Assembly: GCA_964016885.1 (NCBI GenBank)
Contig: OZ024740.1
Coordinates: 173,352,001 to 173,416,000 of the forward strand
Length of the DNA: 64,000 nucleotides
Direction of reading: 5' to 3'
From: Eledone cirrhosa
Taxonomy: Eukaryota
Position numbers and translations under genes: made by a program. The notes under the pieces are model-generated. The model saw nothing but the letters and a program-made list of their open reading frames with translations, did not search any database and was not told the origin of the DNA. Positions 27,901 through 40,920 of this stretch are shown in pieces. Numbering within the stretch: position 1 is the stretch's first letter; every line of letters begins with the position of its first letter.

Positions 27901-28357
27901 GTAACCTTTTCCTCTAATTATTTCTTTGGTGTAGATAAGAGTCAGTTAAAATAACGATTTAGATACTTTATTTATGTATTATACATTGTATTATCTTGCT
28001 GGTTATAGGTTTTCAATGAGCCACTTATTGGATCCCAGTATTTTTTATGGCAAAAGTAACAAAGAAGTGTCTGTGCTAAGGTATTTTTTATTCGGCACAC
28101 CTATTTATCATGTTTCTTGTAGATTGGCACATATTTCTCCACCCTGGCTATAGATTAACTAAATGTCTTGCGAGTAAAATTTAATATATGTTTATATATG
28201 AGTCTGTTTATATTTACTGGTATCCAGTTGCGTCCTTTTATTTAAAAACTGTAACTTGGTGTTTCGATATGTAGACATTGATAAAATAAGTACTGGATTA
28301 AAATAAATATTGGGGTCTATATGATTAAAGGTGGTTCTCCGGCATAGCCATGGTCGC

Positions 28358-28561
28358 TAGACCATGTCAAACTGAGGGTCTTCTGAGGGCCACATGAGTC
28401 ACATGGGTTGTCTGAGGGCCAAACACGGCAACTAATTGCGCACATTACAACTAATTTTATGAAGATAAAACATACTCACGCTGTAAAAACCTTTGTGCGG
28501 GCTGCAGGCGTACTTGTAAAGGGCTACATGCGGCCTGCGGGTCGCATGTTTGCCATGCCTG
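28358..28561. mobile_element. Degenerate hAT-like MITE
   Basis: Imperfect TIRs (catgtcaaac / gtttgccatgcctg) and subterminal gagggcc / cggcctgcgggtcgca motifs. No clean target-site duplication (TSD) seen. Confidence 0.4.
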
Positions 28562-29050
28562 ATGTACAGGCTCCTTCATTGGTTCATAATCGGACGTGCA
28601 TGTGTTTATAAGGCGACTGACTAAGTGTGACCTCCTGTTGGGTGATCACATTGTTGGAAATAAATGTCTCTAAGGATTTACAATAAAATACGTTGGTCAA
28701 CATCTTCTAAATATAGAGTTAAACCAATTTAGTCTGTAACTATGAGCTTTTATTGCTATCACACGTGTAGTTGACAATTAGACTCAGGTCAGCTATGATC
28801 AAACTAAACTATGGTGAAAGGCTTACTATTTTATTTTGATATCTTGAACTAAATCATACAAATATGTCCGAATTTTTAAAGCCGGTAGAGCGTAATTTAA
28901 GTAGGATTTGGCAGTTTTTTCTTGTAGGTCAAACGACCGCAAGGAAGCACTTTAGTTGACGAGAAATCTTCAACGAGATACCTTCTCAAGCAAGCTTAAT
29001 TATGTGGCTACGGTCTTCCGAATCTTTTATGACTGCTTTCCTACATATAC

Positions 29051-29325
29051 AGATATATATGAAAGATGAGGACTTTCGTGAATTTTCTAAGGCTAGTAAC
29101 AGATGTATATGAAATATGAGGACTTTCGTAAATTTTCTAAGGCTAGTAACGACGTAAACAAAGCACAATGTCTTCAATTCTCGCAAAGTTCACTTTACGA
29201 CCATCTATATACTTTAACAGTATCGGTAGAGAGTTCAACTTTACGACCATCTATATACTTTAACAGTATCGGTAGAGAGTTCAACTTTACGACCATCTAT
29301 ATACTTTTACAGTATCGGTAGAGAG
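29051..29325. repeat. Adjacent 2x50-bp and 3x46-bp tandem duplications
   Basis: 50-bp units at 29051 and 29101. 46-bp units at 29192, 29238 and 29284, each containing the SINE A-box cagtatcggtagagagt. Confidence 0.88.
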
Positions 29326-29862
29326 TGGACAAAATGCTTTACAGTATTTATATGTTCTGAGTTCAAATCCCACTTAAGTCAACTTTGTCTTTCATCCTTC
29401 CGGGTTCGATAAAATAAAGTACCAATTAAGTACTAGGGTCGATATAATCAACTTTTCCCCTTCTCCAAATTGGTGCTTTGTGCCAATGTTACAAAGGAGT
29501 ATTAGGTGTTGTTAGGGCGGTGGATTGGCAGTATCGTTAGTGCGTCAGATGAAATGCATTGCAGTTTTTCGTTACGGCTCTCTGCGTTCTAGTTTCAAAT
29601 CCCGCTGAGGTTGGTATTGCCTTTCTTCTTTCCAAGGTCGATAAAATAAAGTACCAGTCAAATACTGGGGTAAATAAAATCGAGTTTTCCCTTCCCAAAT
29701 TGTCGGTCTTGTGCCTAAGTAAGAAAACAAAAGATGTTATGACAGTGGATTGACAGAATCGTTAGAACATTATTTGCCTTTCATCCTTATGGGGTCGATA
29801 AAATAAAGTACCAGTAATACACTGGGTATTTGCTGGCCTTGTGCCAAAAGTAGAAACAATTA
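29310..29862 (+). mobile_element. Cluster of three Meta-type SINE copies
   Basis: Repeated head, B-box and core (ctttcatcc..gtcgataaaataaagtacc). Confidence 0.8.
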
Positions 29863-30499
29863 TTTGCACTATTAGTTCCAGTTCTTTATGTTCTGCTTAT
29901 AAGACAAAATAACATTTAAATACTGGGGATGATGTAATCGACTGTTCCCTTTCCCTAAACTTGAAGCCATATGTCTATGTAAGAAATCCTTATTAGGTGT
30001 TGATCTTCGTTTCAAATGTTATATTTTTCTACTCTTCACTCTATTAATAATTCGCTAGGAATTGTTAAATACAGATAATTGTTTGAATTAGTTTAATGTA
30101 TTCGTAAGTATTTCATTTATTCTAATGAAGAAAAGTGTGAAAGTCACATTTGTATCTCACTAAAAGATGTGATTATTGTATCTAGTAAAAGAAAATCCGT
30201 CCTCTCCAAACTGTTTTACTTCATTTAAACTACATCTGTCTTTTGGAAATGGAAGACCATCACACCTCCCATTTATCTTCATAAATAAGATATCCTAGTC
30301 TATTATGATTCAATAAATTTATTGATAATTTATTTCATTTAATCTGTGAAGTTGAATAAACGTTTAATAACTAATCTAAGTTGAGCGAAAAATACATTTT
30401 TATATTAATTGTGGAGATATAAGTTACATGGAAGCAGATATTTCCTTTTTTGTATTTATTTAGTAATTTCCTCTTTTTTTTTTTTTCTTTTCTATATAG

Positions 30500-31414
30500 G
30501 TCATTCCTTCACATGTATTGAAACAGCTGTTCCGCACGCAAAGAGAGTCTCGCGAATCTGCTGAACAGGAGTATTTAGAGCATCTCTCTCGCAAAAGATA
30601 TCTGCAAAATATGCACAAAGATCGGGCAATGATTCATATGATTCAACGAATGGCGAAGATGAAATTGCAAAATTTAAATGAGGACCACTTGAAGATGATG
30701 GATCAGCAGTTGGATAACAATGATATTCAGCCAGTAGAACACTGGTTGCCCGAAGTACCAAAACATCTTACTCAAAATGTGGCTGAAAACAGCATCAATG
30801 ATGAAACAGATGAGACGTATAGAAACTTGCTAGAAAATATGAATGGTGATCAACAGTTGCGTTTGACAAACATTAACAAAGAACTCATTAACCAAAATGA
30901 AAACAATAGTTATAGTCAAGGCAAGAAACCGGTAATCAAAAAGAGAACGCTTTTCAACATTGACATGAATTTAAATAAACTTGATGACAATAATATGAGT
31001 GACAAGGACAAGGATGACGACCTTGAGGAAGATGATAGTGATGATTCAGAATATGATGGTAATTTTGATAATGAAACTGGTGTAAGACTTGCACCCATTT
31101 CAGAGAAAGATGAAGAAATTGATGATTTTTGTAAAACGCTCATGACACAAAACCTGCTTATGATGAATGGCCCTAGTTCATATGAATCTAACGAAACTGT
31201 AAACGGTGTGATAGAAGTAGAACAACAGGAAATAGTAGCTGAAACTGTCGAGCTAGCCAATACCTGTCCATCTTTATCAGAACAACCACGGAACGTGGAA
31301 AAACAAAACGAGGAGGAGATTGTTGCAGAAGGGGGGTCAAAGAAAGAGGAGGACCTTACAGAGAAACTGCTAGAACAAGTGGCTTCTATTGAAAGAACAA
31401 TTGAACAAGATGAG
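30500..31414 (+). CDS. Hillarin/KY-like protein, coding exon 6 (helical then acidic low-complexity region)
   Basis: Long polypyrimidine tract + tatag|GTC (phase 0). 305 open codons. Donor GAG|gtactt. Confidence 0.82.
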
Positions 31415-32858
31415 GTACTTTACTTAATCATTCTGCTCGAACCTCTCTTACTCTTCCCTAGCCTATGTGTGTGTGGGGGTATGTAGATTCTTATAATACA
31501 AGTTTTTGTATAGTGTACCATGAGCAAACCAGTCAGGTGGAGCTCGTCCGTTTCTAACTTCTGCCCATGGTAGGTTTTTTAATACAGTAGTGTAAACTAA
31601 TAAAACACTCATTGATTATATGATGTTACCACATTTGCATCTATTGCTTGCATCTAATAGACACTTTAGAGGGAGTTAGGTCTTGACAATAGACACAGTG
31701 TAAATCTAATGATTGGATACAAATCCTAAATTTTTCTCTTGGTGATTCAAATATCTTCAACTAAAATATTTATTTAAAATGGTATGATTCAAATTCACAT
31801 GGTATTAGATTAATATTAGAAGGAAAACAAGAGAGAGTAAGCTTCGCATCGTTCCCTTGAGACATAAGAAAAGTCGAGTGGAATGGCTACAGCAAGTAAT
31901 AAAACTGGATCACTACTTTGATTCGTTGAGACCTTAGCTTCATTCTACGCCAGTTGAAACTTTCGTCAATAACTGTTTTTTTAACCTGCAGTCGCCCGCT
32001 TCTATAGATATTGGTTTTCAAAGGCAATCTTGTGTTTCTTCAGTTCCTTCCCATTTTCAATTGTCATCTAGTAATTTTTCACCCAAATGCCCTATTAACA
32101 TGAGAAAGATTTACAAATCTCAACAATCCTATAGTTCCAAACAAGATTAAGTCTGAAGCAGCTGCTTTTTGTAAACTGTTAATTTATTATCATTCTTATA
32201 GTTAGATATATTGGAATCTCATTTGGTATATATATACAATTTACACCGTTTGAATTCATCCCTAATTTCCCCCCCTGGAAAACAAGTGCCTTGTTTAAGA
32301 ACCAATGATTTTGAAGCAGGTTTTCTGATGCATAATATAGCATAGTGGCACTTCTTTATTAGCTCGCAGTAGTTCGAATAATACTGTATTTCACAGTATA
32401 CAATGCGCATGCTCGTTTAATGTGCACTCTTAATTTGAAGAGAGAATTTCTTGCAAAAAGTAAAAAAATATTAAAAGCTAGACAACATTTTTAGCCACTC
32501 TTAATTTTATTGTATGAAAAATAGGCAAATATAATAATAAAGTGGTTTTTAAATTTTTATGAAAAGATGGTCATAAGCCTCACAGATTTTTTTAAAAATA
32601 GAAGAAATGCAATGTAAAAAAACACTTAAAATTCTGTAATATTATCTTTGGTTTTTGGCAAGTTTTTACGTGGCAGAGAATGATGGGAAAGTGCGTTAGA
32701 CTCGAGAGGTATTATTTCGAAGAGGAAAACTTGTAGTTTGGATTTAAAATACTTTTTTTGCGACACCAGCCCTGCTTTTTTTTCTGACACGCCTCATAAA
32801 TGTGTGTGTGTTGAATTCAATTAAATAACAAAAACTAAATTTTAATTTTTCTCCACAG

Positions 32859-32895
32859 AAGGCGATTCAAAATTTCCATCTTTCAACCCAACCAG
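32859..32895 (+). CDS. Hillarin/KY-like protein, 37-nt coding exon 7
   Basis: ttttctccacag|AAG..CCAG|gtaagt (strong sites). It converts phase 0 to phase 1, exactly as needed to join exon 6 to exon 8. Confidence 0.7.
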
Positions 32896-33934
32896 GTAAG
32901 TTTAGATGCAATTATCATTTCTCTTGATAGTATGTTTTTACAAAGGGGCACTAGAATAGATTGGTTCGACCTTTGTATATTATTATAACCAGAAGCATTC
33001 CTCTTGGGATGCAGATGTCGAAAATTCAAATCTGTTTTTCTCAATGACTGTGAAATCACCGCTGAGATGATAGGGTGTGTCAAAATCCCGAGCTGACAAA
33101 ATAAGTACCAGTTACAAACTGGTTTTGATTTAAATCAACGATACCCCTTTCCCTACAATATGAGGCAGTGTTTCAGGTGAGAATTATTGTTTAAGGTGTG
33201 GTTTCTCTTCCATAAATAAAAGGAAAACATATCAGTTTTGTCAGTATCCGCAGAACCATGGGACAACTGAGGCTGAAATTGCGTGTTAATATTAATATAG
33301 TTCACCTGAAGACGATCGACGACTAGACCGATTTTAAAAAGTGTAAATAGAAATATCTAAACTATAATAAAGGAAGGTCTGCGGGACTGCGTACGGTTTA
33401 TTTTTTTTATCCCGTTTGTAAAATAAGTTGGATTACTTTGAATGAATATTACATAATTTATCTACTCAATTTCGTAAACAAAAATAATTTCCTAAAAATA
33501 AATAATTTAAAATTGACTTCTTTTCAAAGTTGCACTTCTGGTATATCGTCGCCACCACCACTTCAACTACCATATATATAGAAAGAGAGTGTGTGATGTC
33601 AACACTTCCGGTGGCGATCGCTTAAATAAACGTACTAATTTTCTAATGCAGTTTATATATAATATCGTCTTTTTTAATGTATCATGGATTACGTTACTGA
33701 TTACATAGGACAGTGTAACGCAGTCTTCGTTCAATTTTTATGTATTATATATTGTCAATTACGATTTTATTTGATGTATCATATCTACATGTATATATAC
33801 TTGCGTATAATATCAATATACACACTACACATGCTACCAGAAAACCACCCGAAGGGTGGTTTTTCTGCTAGTAAAGGTAACGCTGATAGACCTCAAAATT
33901 CATACAACTCAATTTTGTTTTTGTTTACTTCCAG

Positions 33935-34068
33935 GTGAAGAAGATGAGCAACCCTTCCTACGACATCGAACAACGGAATTGTCAAAATCTCCCACACGAG
34001 AAGTACCAATCAAAAAGATCTCTAACTTATCACCAGTATCCGTACAAACTCAGACAGACAAAGAAGAG
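33935..34068 (+). CDS. Hillarin/KY-like protein, coding exon 8
   Basis: ttacttccag|GT (phase 1), GEEDEQPFLR..QTDKEE. The donor gttccc is weak; read-through to the stop at 34173 is the alternative. Confidence 0.62.
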
Positions 34069-35454
34069 GTTCCCCTCACGGTGTTTTTGAAGAATTCTAT
34101 GTACATTTTGGCGATTTTCAGCATTTTGTGGAAGCTTTTTGAACTATTCAATTTCGAAAACGAAAACAGATAAGAATATAAATTTGTATTTTAAATATGC
34201 ATATGAAGACCTCTAGATAGTACGTATTCAGAATATTGTTTAAGTGGCCTCTTGGTAGATGTCTGTGTGAGATAAGACAACACAAGGAAATAAAAACAAG
34301 ATGGCTGACTAAAATGAGATTCAGATGATTTTTCTAAATACAGTTAATAATTATATATTGACATCTTCCATTTTTATTTTCCTCTTGCTCCCTTCCAACA
34401 TTTTTTGTTTTTATTTTGCACTGTTAATTTAGTATTTCGTTTTAATTTTCATTTATAAAAATTTCACATGAAATCAATATGGTTTAAGCTTTTTGCAAAT
34501 CGTTTTGAGACGTGGTTTCCGGTTTTATATCACTTCACTTTTATTCGTGATGCCCTTGAGCAATGTACGAATATTACACATTTTCATTTGCCTTCGTCTC
34601 GAAAAACCGAAGAATTTATTTTTGTAATAAGTTAAATAATAAATATAAAAAGTGAAGATTGTTTGAGAAATCAGTTGTGGTTATACAGTAATTTCGTTGT
34701 TTTGTTGGTTGTAAAATAATAATAAGGTGGAAAAAATGTTGATCCTCAAATCAATGTTTTAGTAATAAAACACTTTCCACATTAACACATCAGACCGAGC
34801 AAGGCTTGTATTTACATTTGATTTTACGATAAAAGAGTAAAGATACTGTTTTAAAAATCGTGAAAAATGTGCCTATTCTAATTACACATAATATTTTTAC
34901 TGATACAGGCAAACCACCACTAAAGCAATAGAATTTGTTTTTATTCGTTTGTTCGTTTTTGGAGGGGGTGGTAATAAAGTATTTGTTTTCCTTTATTAGG
35001 CAACATCAAATTTAATTTTAAAAAATGTTTAATCTAATTTCGATCATGTGCCAAGGAATAAAATTTCGTTTATAATAATTTAAAAAGTTATGACGACTTT
35101 ATTTTTTCTGCCAATAACCGTGCTTGTATGTTATACTATACTTATTGCTGTGCCCCGACAAGTTAATTTTCTTTCAGAATTATTTTACCAGCGTTGTAAA
35201 CTTTTTTATTGATCGGTGGCATTTGTTAGACGCATGATGTTACAAATAGTGAAAGAGAGTTATTGTGGTACTGTTTTTGAGAACTCTAGTTTTTAATTTG
35301 GATACACGTTTGTTTAAGTTTCCTGACAAAACCGATCGCCACATTAAAAGTTATAAACATAATTCCATAAACTGTATGTAATAAATTCAGTAAATAACAT
35401 TATAAATCTAATCACAACCGTCTTTTGTAAATACTGAAATGTCTTTGTTTTCAG

Positions 35455-35481
35455 CTGTCAAAATACACCGAAATGGATTAA
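35455..35481 (+). CDS. Hillarin/KY-like protein, putative last exon (LSKYTEMD*)
   Basis: tctttgttttcag|CTG acceptor in phase 0. AATAAA signals near 35699 and 35708. Confidence 0.45.
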   Translation: MSKYTEMD

Positions 35482-36469
35482 TCAGAAAGGTCTTAACGGA
35501 TGATACATTGTTATTTGTTATTATAGAATTAGTTATCCATTATAAAGATTGTTGTGGATAAATTACCGTCGTTAATTTGTGACTAGGAATTATCCGTCAG
35601 TTTTGACGATCAGTATCTTTACTTGTGGACAAATTGTTGGGAACATTTGCTGTATTAGAGTAAATATTTTGATTGTTTATACAGGACGTTAAGATTTAAA
35701 TAAACAAAATAAACCGAATTACAGAAAACACAGAGCCAGTTAGAGATGACATTTACTGGATTCGAAAAATCAGTTGTTTTAGTAACCACTTAAATGTCTT
35801 TTCATGTTGCTGTTGTTTGTGGTCTTAACATTGACTAGATCTAGAGTTAACAGATTTTCTGGCATAATATATCTGTAACATTATTAAAGTTGTCTTTTCT
35901 TTTGTAAGGCAGTTTGATTTAAAGTATATTTGGCTGCTATTACTACAGTCAAATGACCTCGTAGAGATTTCCTCTATGGCTTTCGTTGAGATTTGATGTT
36001 GTCGAGAAAGTTTATTTTATGCTTCAACAATTGCTTCTAATAGTTCAAATGTTAAAAAATGTGCGCGTGTGTGATTAGTCACGGTATGTACCATGGCATA
36101 AGAGTATTTTAAGCTATATCAGAAAGCATAGCTTAAATCCAGTGATGCAGAAAAGTGTGTAAAGTGATAGTCTAGTGTGGAACATCTTATATAAAACATA
36201 TTGTGAACTGTTTTACTTTTACATAATCACTATTTTTCTCGAATATTAACGCAATTTATAGAAAGATTATGATTTACAAAGACAGACAAATCAATAGAAA
36301 TTCATCAGAGAAAAATGAGGTGGGTGACAGAGGCGGTGGAAGGATTTCTGAAATTTGGGAGTAATTAAGTTGTAGTGATTAGTTTAGCTGTTATCAAATA
36401 TCAATCAAGCTATAAAAAAAACTTCGATATACGATAAATATAAAATGTACATAAATTGTAGTGCATATA

Positions 36470-36700
36470 CAAATAGATGTGTTTGATAAGCAAATGGAGG
36501 ACCACGCGGACAGAATAGAGAAGGCGTTTCCCTGGAAGATGGTGAGGGAGACGCGCTGGGAGAGACATTCCAGCTCGCGAGGCTCACACCTGCAGGTAGC
36601 CAACTCTGTGCCAATGGTGGTGGCCCTAGGGCCAAGATCACCAGAAGTCTCCACTGCCACGAACTCGAGAGCAACCGATATTTAGAGAGTTTACTCTTCT
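36470..36700 (-). mobile_element. CRE-clade retrotransposon 3' fragment
   Basis: KLSKYR..VAVETSGDLGPRA..LSQRVSLTIFQGNAFSILS, the RLE C-terminus. Confidence 0.7.
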
Positions 36701-37483
36701 TGTTGATATCTGAAATTCTGAGCATATATGCCATGGATGTGTGTGAAGAAAAAGAAGACAATGAAATGAAGATCTACGAAAGACAGGTAGTAAGTATTAG
36801 TAGTAGGACTGATAATGATGGTGATGATGACAGTAAAGGTGGTTACAGTCTAACAGCCAAGACTCTGTAAGAGAACAAGATAGTAGTAAGGTATGAATAT
36901 AATCTGACCTAACTTGATCTTTTACAGCTTTTATTAACGGTAGATGATGAGGTCTAAAAATTATCTGATACGGGTGGGATGGTGATAGTGCTACTGGAAA
37001 TGACGGTGGCAGTGGTGGGGGCGGCAGATTAAAAATAACGATAGTCAAGAAAAATCTAGGGATTCAAATGTCTTCAGATAGAATCTAGTAATCAAGGAAT
37101 TAAATTAATTTTTTTTTTTTTTTTTTGCAGGTATTATGCTAGTCTTAATGTATGTAAATAAATATTCAGTAAGGTAAGCAAGTAGGTGTTTTATTTAAAT
37201 CCTGCTGGCGTTATCGCGAGAAGCAACACGAATCTGAGGACAATCTTATCTGTCAATCGTCTCATACTGGAAGACGTCATTCATTTTCTATTTTACTGGT
37301 CTTCGTCATTCAGTTGTGGCTAAGCTGGAATATCTTTGTCATAATTGATTGCATAGACCCCAATGTTTATCTTATCAACTTGAACTTATTTCATCGACCT
37401 CGGGAAGATGAATGGACGTGTGAAATTGGGTGCGTAATCTGTAACAGAGGCATAGAGAATCATCTTTTATCACTTTCGGATAC

Positions 37484-37522
<39 letters not shown>

Positions 37523-39164
37523 CTTTGATATAATGGGGGAAAGTATATCGAACCTAGCGCTCGACTGGTACTATATTTTATCGATCTCGGAAGGTTGAAA
37601 AGCAAAGTGGCCTAAGTAAAAAGCCGGAGCAAATACTGCTAAGCATCTGTCCGACGCTCTAATGACTCTTGTTAATCCATAGTACGAGTGTTTCATACAA
37701 GTAATAAAACCAATTTACATATTTCTTTTATAATTGTCAGTAACTGCACCTTTTCTGTTTTAAAACCCACAAAAAATTATTTGGGGGAGGGGGGGGGGGA
37801 TTATTTATATTTTAATTAATTTCAATGGGGAAAATTGATTTGTAAAACGAGTAAATCGTAAAATGAGCTCGGTAATGAAACTCGTACTGCGAGGTATCTC
37901 TGTAATATAATGGTTCTCATTTCAGCGAGTGAACCCCATCAATAATAAAAATCTACCATATCATAATGAAAAATTGGTATGCCGCATGGAGTAATGTATA
38001 AGCTCTAGACTAATGAATGAAACCAGTTTTCTATTTCTGGGTGTATCAATTTCCCTTAGCACCTGTTGCCATAGGAGATGATGTGAGCACATCTTAGCTG
38101 TGCGCGTGAGATGACCTGAACATCTGTACATTACACTGTGATCTACTTGCTTAGAGTGTACATGTGGGACCTAAGTAGACCCTATGTACGGTTAGTTGTC
38201 TTGTCAGCAAAATAGTTCAACACCGGTAGGGACAAACATCTAACTTTTCAAATCAAGCCATCTGTTAGTTAAACAAGCCTACAATGTCCCTCAAGGAATT
38301 AGGAATTGACAAGATGTAATCCTAGTTTCATAAACACTTGTTCGAAAGGCCTCTTTATCGCTCTATTCCTTATTATACTGTGTTGAAACTGGTAACACTG
38401 GATACAATCTGTTTTTATTCATAAGTTACTACATATTGCTCTTGTCATTCTAAGATCCGGCATTACGGTCAAAATAAGCATCGCTGATAAAGTCTAAAAA
38501 CACCGAAATATGTCAGCAGTTGTTACTGTACTTTGGATGTTGTTTCACCTTCGCTACTTGATCAGAATTAGTCATTAAGATAGTGTTTTTTCCTCATTGA
38601 GTTTATAATTTTGATTTTTTTTTTTTTTTTTTTTTTCTTTTTTTTGTATCAATACATTGTTATCGCCCATTTTACTATTTACAATATCGCGTTACTCACT
38701 CAGATATTGTCAAAATGTAAAGAAGAAAAAAGACTCATCAAGAGAAACAACTCTCTAGAAACAATGTATTTGTAGATTGTATATAATCAGTTGGATTTTC
38801 TCCCGGAAAACGTAATACTACACCCTACATTTATCAACCAAATAACTTTATAAAGAAATTTTTAAGATTACGCATTTATGCGCTATCCATAGAAATTATA
38901 ACACATTTGTATTCCCTTCTCTTTACTATGAAATGTTCTACACAATTCAAAAGATTTTATTAATATAGTTTCAGAATATATTTATTGAAGATCATTTTAT
39001 GGTCAAAGATTTTTTTTGTTTTTAACTTTACACAAGCCCGTATTATTTACAGAAGAAGTAATGTAAACTTGTGAAATTTTAAATGCTTTTATTGGGTAAG
39101 TAGAAAAATTGCTTATAAAAAGCGTTGAAGTTAGTTCTGAGTTTATCATTTCACTGGAAACTGG

Positions 39165-39490
39165 AATGGACTTCCTTCCGTTCGACGATGTATATTCCAG
39201 TTGTTCGATCAACGGAACAGCCAGCTAAAGAAACTAACGTGTAAATGACGGAGCATTCCACAGGCCCGAGTACCCTTAACATAATCACCAGGGAAATTTA
39301 GCGTGACAGCTATAGGCTGGCTTTTTGGAATTACTGTGACAGTTCGTCTGAAGGGGCTTCCAAACAGTACCCGTCCGCCCGATATTACTCATAAAGCATG
39401 GGTCGGCCCGGGGCTATGGAAAGTGACACTTGCTCAAAATTCCACGTGGGATCGAGCCCGGGACCTAATGATGGTGAAACAAACATCTTA
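39165..39490 (-). mobile_element. Degenerate CORE-type SINE
   Basis: Reverse complement of a tRNA-like head/CORE (acttgctcaa..gtgggatcgagcccgggacc) at the right end. Confidence 0.45.
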
Positions 39491-40255
39491 ATGTTCGACC
39501 AACTGTAAAATTACTTGCCAGTGTTTAAAGTCAAAATTAATGTTCACTTCACCATATAAGATTCTTAAAATCACTATCAGATTTTTTACTGTTAGGTCAA
39601 CAGAAGGGGTTTCGTCCCCAGTATTGCATTATGTTGTCAACAAAGACATTTAGAACAGACGCAGTATACTCAGTGGTTAATAAATATCATGTAAATATAT
39701 AGTTTATTATTGTGTATGATGTATAAATGGCGCGAGATTCATTAGTTTGTAGTGTTGAGCAGACATTCACATATGAAGTGAAATTGACTGTTATTTGCAT
39801 TATCGCAACTCATTTGCATTGTTGTACTAACAACACATGTCATTAGTAGTAACATTAAGTCTACCGGTAGGTTTATTTGAGGTAGTCTTATGGAAGGTCT
39901 TATTACACTTCACATACTCCAATGAGAATTATATTCATTCTGTTTCCAACATATACCAATCACGTTTCGTCCAGCATTTGACTTTTTACCTTTCCAGTTG
40001 GCGGCTGTTATATTTCTCATTGTTCATCTACGTTCACTTGATCGGCACTGAGTTCTGCAGCTCCGAGAGACAATTTCATTTTGCGCATATTAATATTTTA
40101 GACATTTTTCTTCATCTCAAATGTGATCACTCATTCGTTCATTTTCTCATCTTACTACATTTTAGCTAGTCTGTCATATTCTGTGCATTAACTAGTGTAG
40201 TTGAATCGAACAAATAGTTGCCTCCCTTGGAAAGGGAGGTAACTATCAAGTATAA

Positions 40256-40470
40256 TCTATATATATAAAACTTGTTGTCTGTGTGTGTTTGTGTGTCCTC
40301 ATTTTTGCAAAGTCTATACAAATCCACATTTCTAATCCGATTGACTTCAAACTTGCATTTATATATTCCTTACGGTCTAAAGATATTAACTGTTTTTCAA
40401 TTTTCTGTTGTTAAAGGGGTGTTAGGCGCCGGTTATCGATCTCCGTCGAGCCCTTATAATATCTGTCTAT
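40256..40470 (+). mobile_element. Helitron-like 5' terminus (non-autonomous)
   Basis: A|TCTATATATATAAAA start followed by gtctgtgtgt and ccgattgacttcaaactt, typical of animal non-autonomous Helitron 5' ends. Confidence 0.45.
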
Positions 40471-40797
40471 ATGTCTGCATAGCCACAACCTGACGAACAC
40501 GTCTTCGCTACATTCATACACATACAATCACATATATACTTACATATATATATACACATACACACATATATAAAAATGTATATATACACACACACATATA
40601 TATAAAAATATGTATATATACACACACACATATATATATATATATATACATACACACACACACACATATATATATATACATACACACACACACATATATA
40701 TATATATACATACATATATATATATATATACATACATACACACACATATATATATATATACATTATAAGAATCAAAGAACTGTTCAAAACATGTTTA

Positions 40798-40844
40798 TGC
40801 TTACAACTGTTTCCTCCAAACCGAGGTTTGGATTCTTCGGAGCA
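40798..40844 (-). ncRNA. Minimal type I hammerhead ribozyme, degenerate (PLE-type)
   Basis: Minus strand TGCT-CCGAAGA-A-TCCAAACC/GGTTTGGA-G-GAAA-CAGTTG-TA-AGCA. One core substitution (U4C) and a near-palindromic stem III. Confidence 0.5.
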
Positions 40845-40920
40845 ATTTATTATTGAATGAACACTTATATGACCTCCTTTTCACCCAAGAGACATACAGA
40901 TACATATGCAAATATTGTGG

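Noticed and set aside
38480-38525. CTGATAA...GAAA-TATG-TC hammerhead-like motif
   Set aside because: No stem II, stem I is out of register and the G8A change is uncompensated.
40214-40246. 15-bp hairpin resembling a terminator
   Set aside because: Eukaryotic context with no U-tract. More likely a transposon-derived subterminal palindrome.
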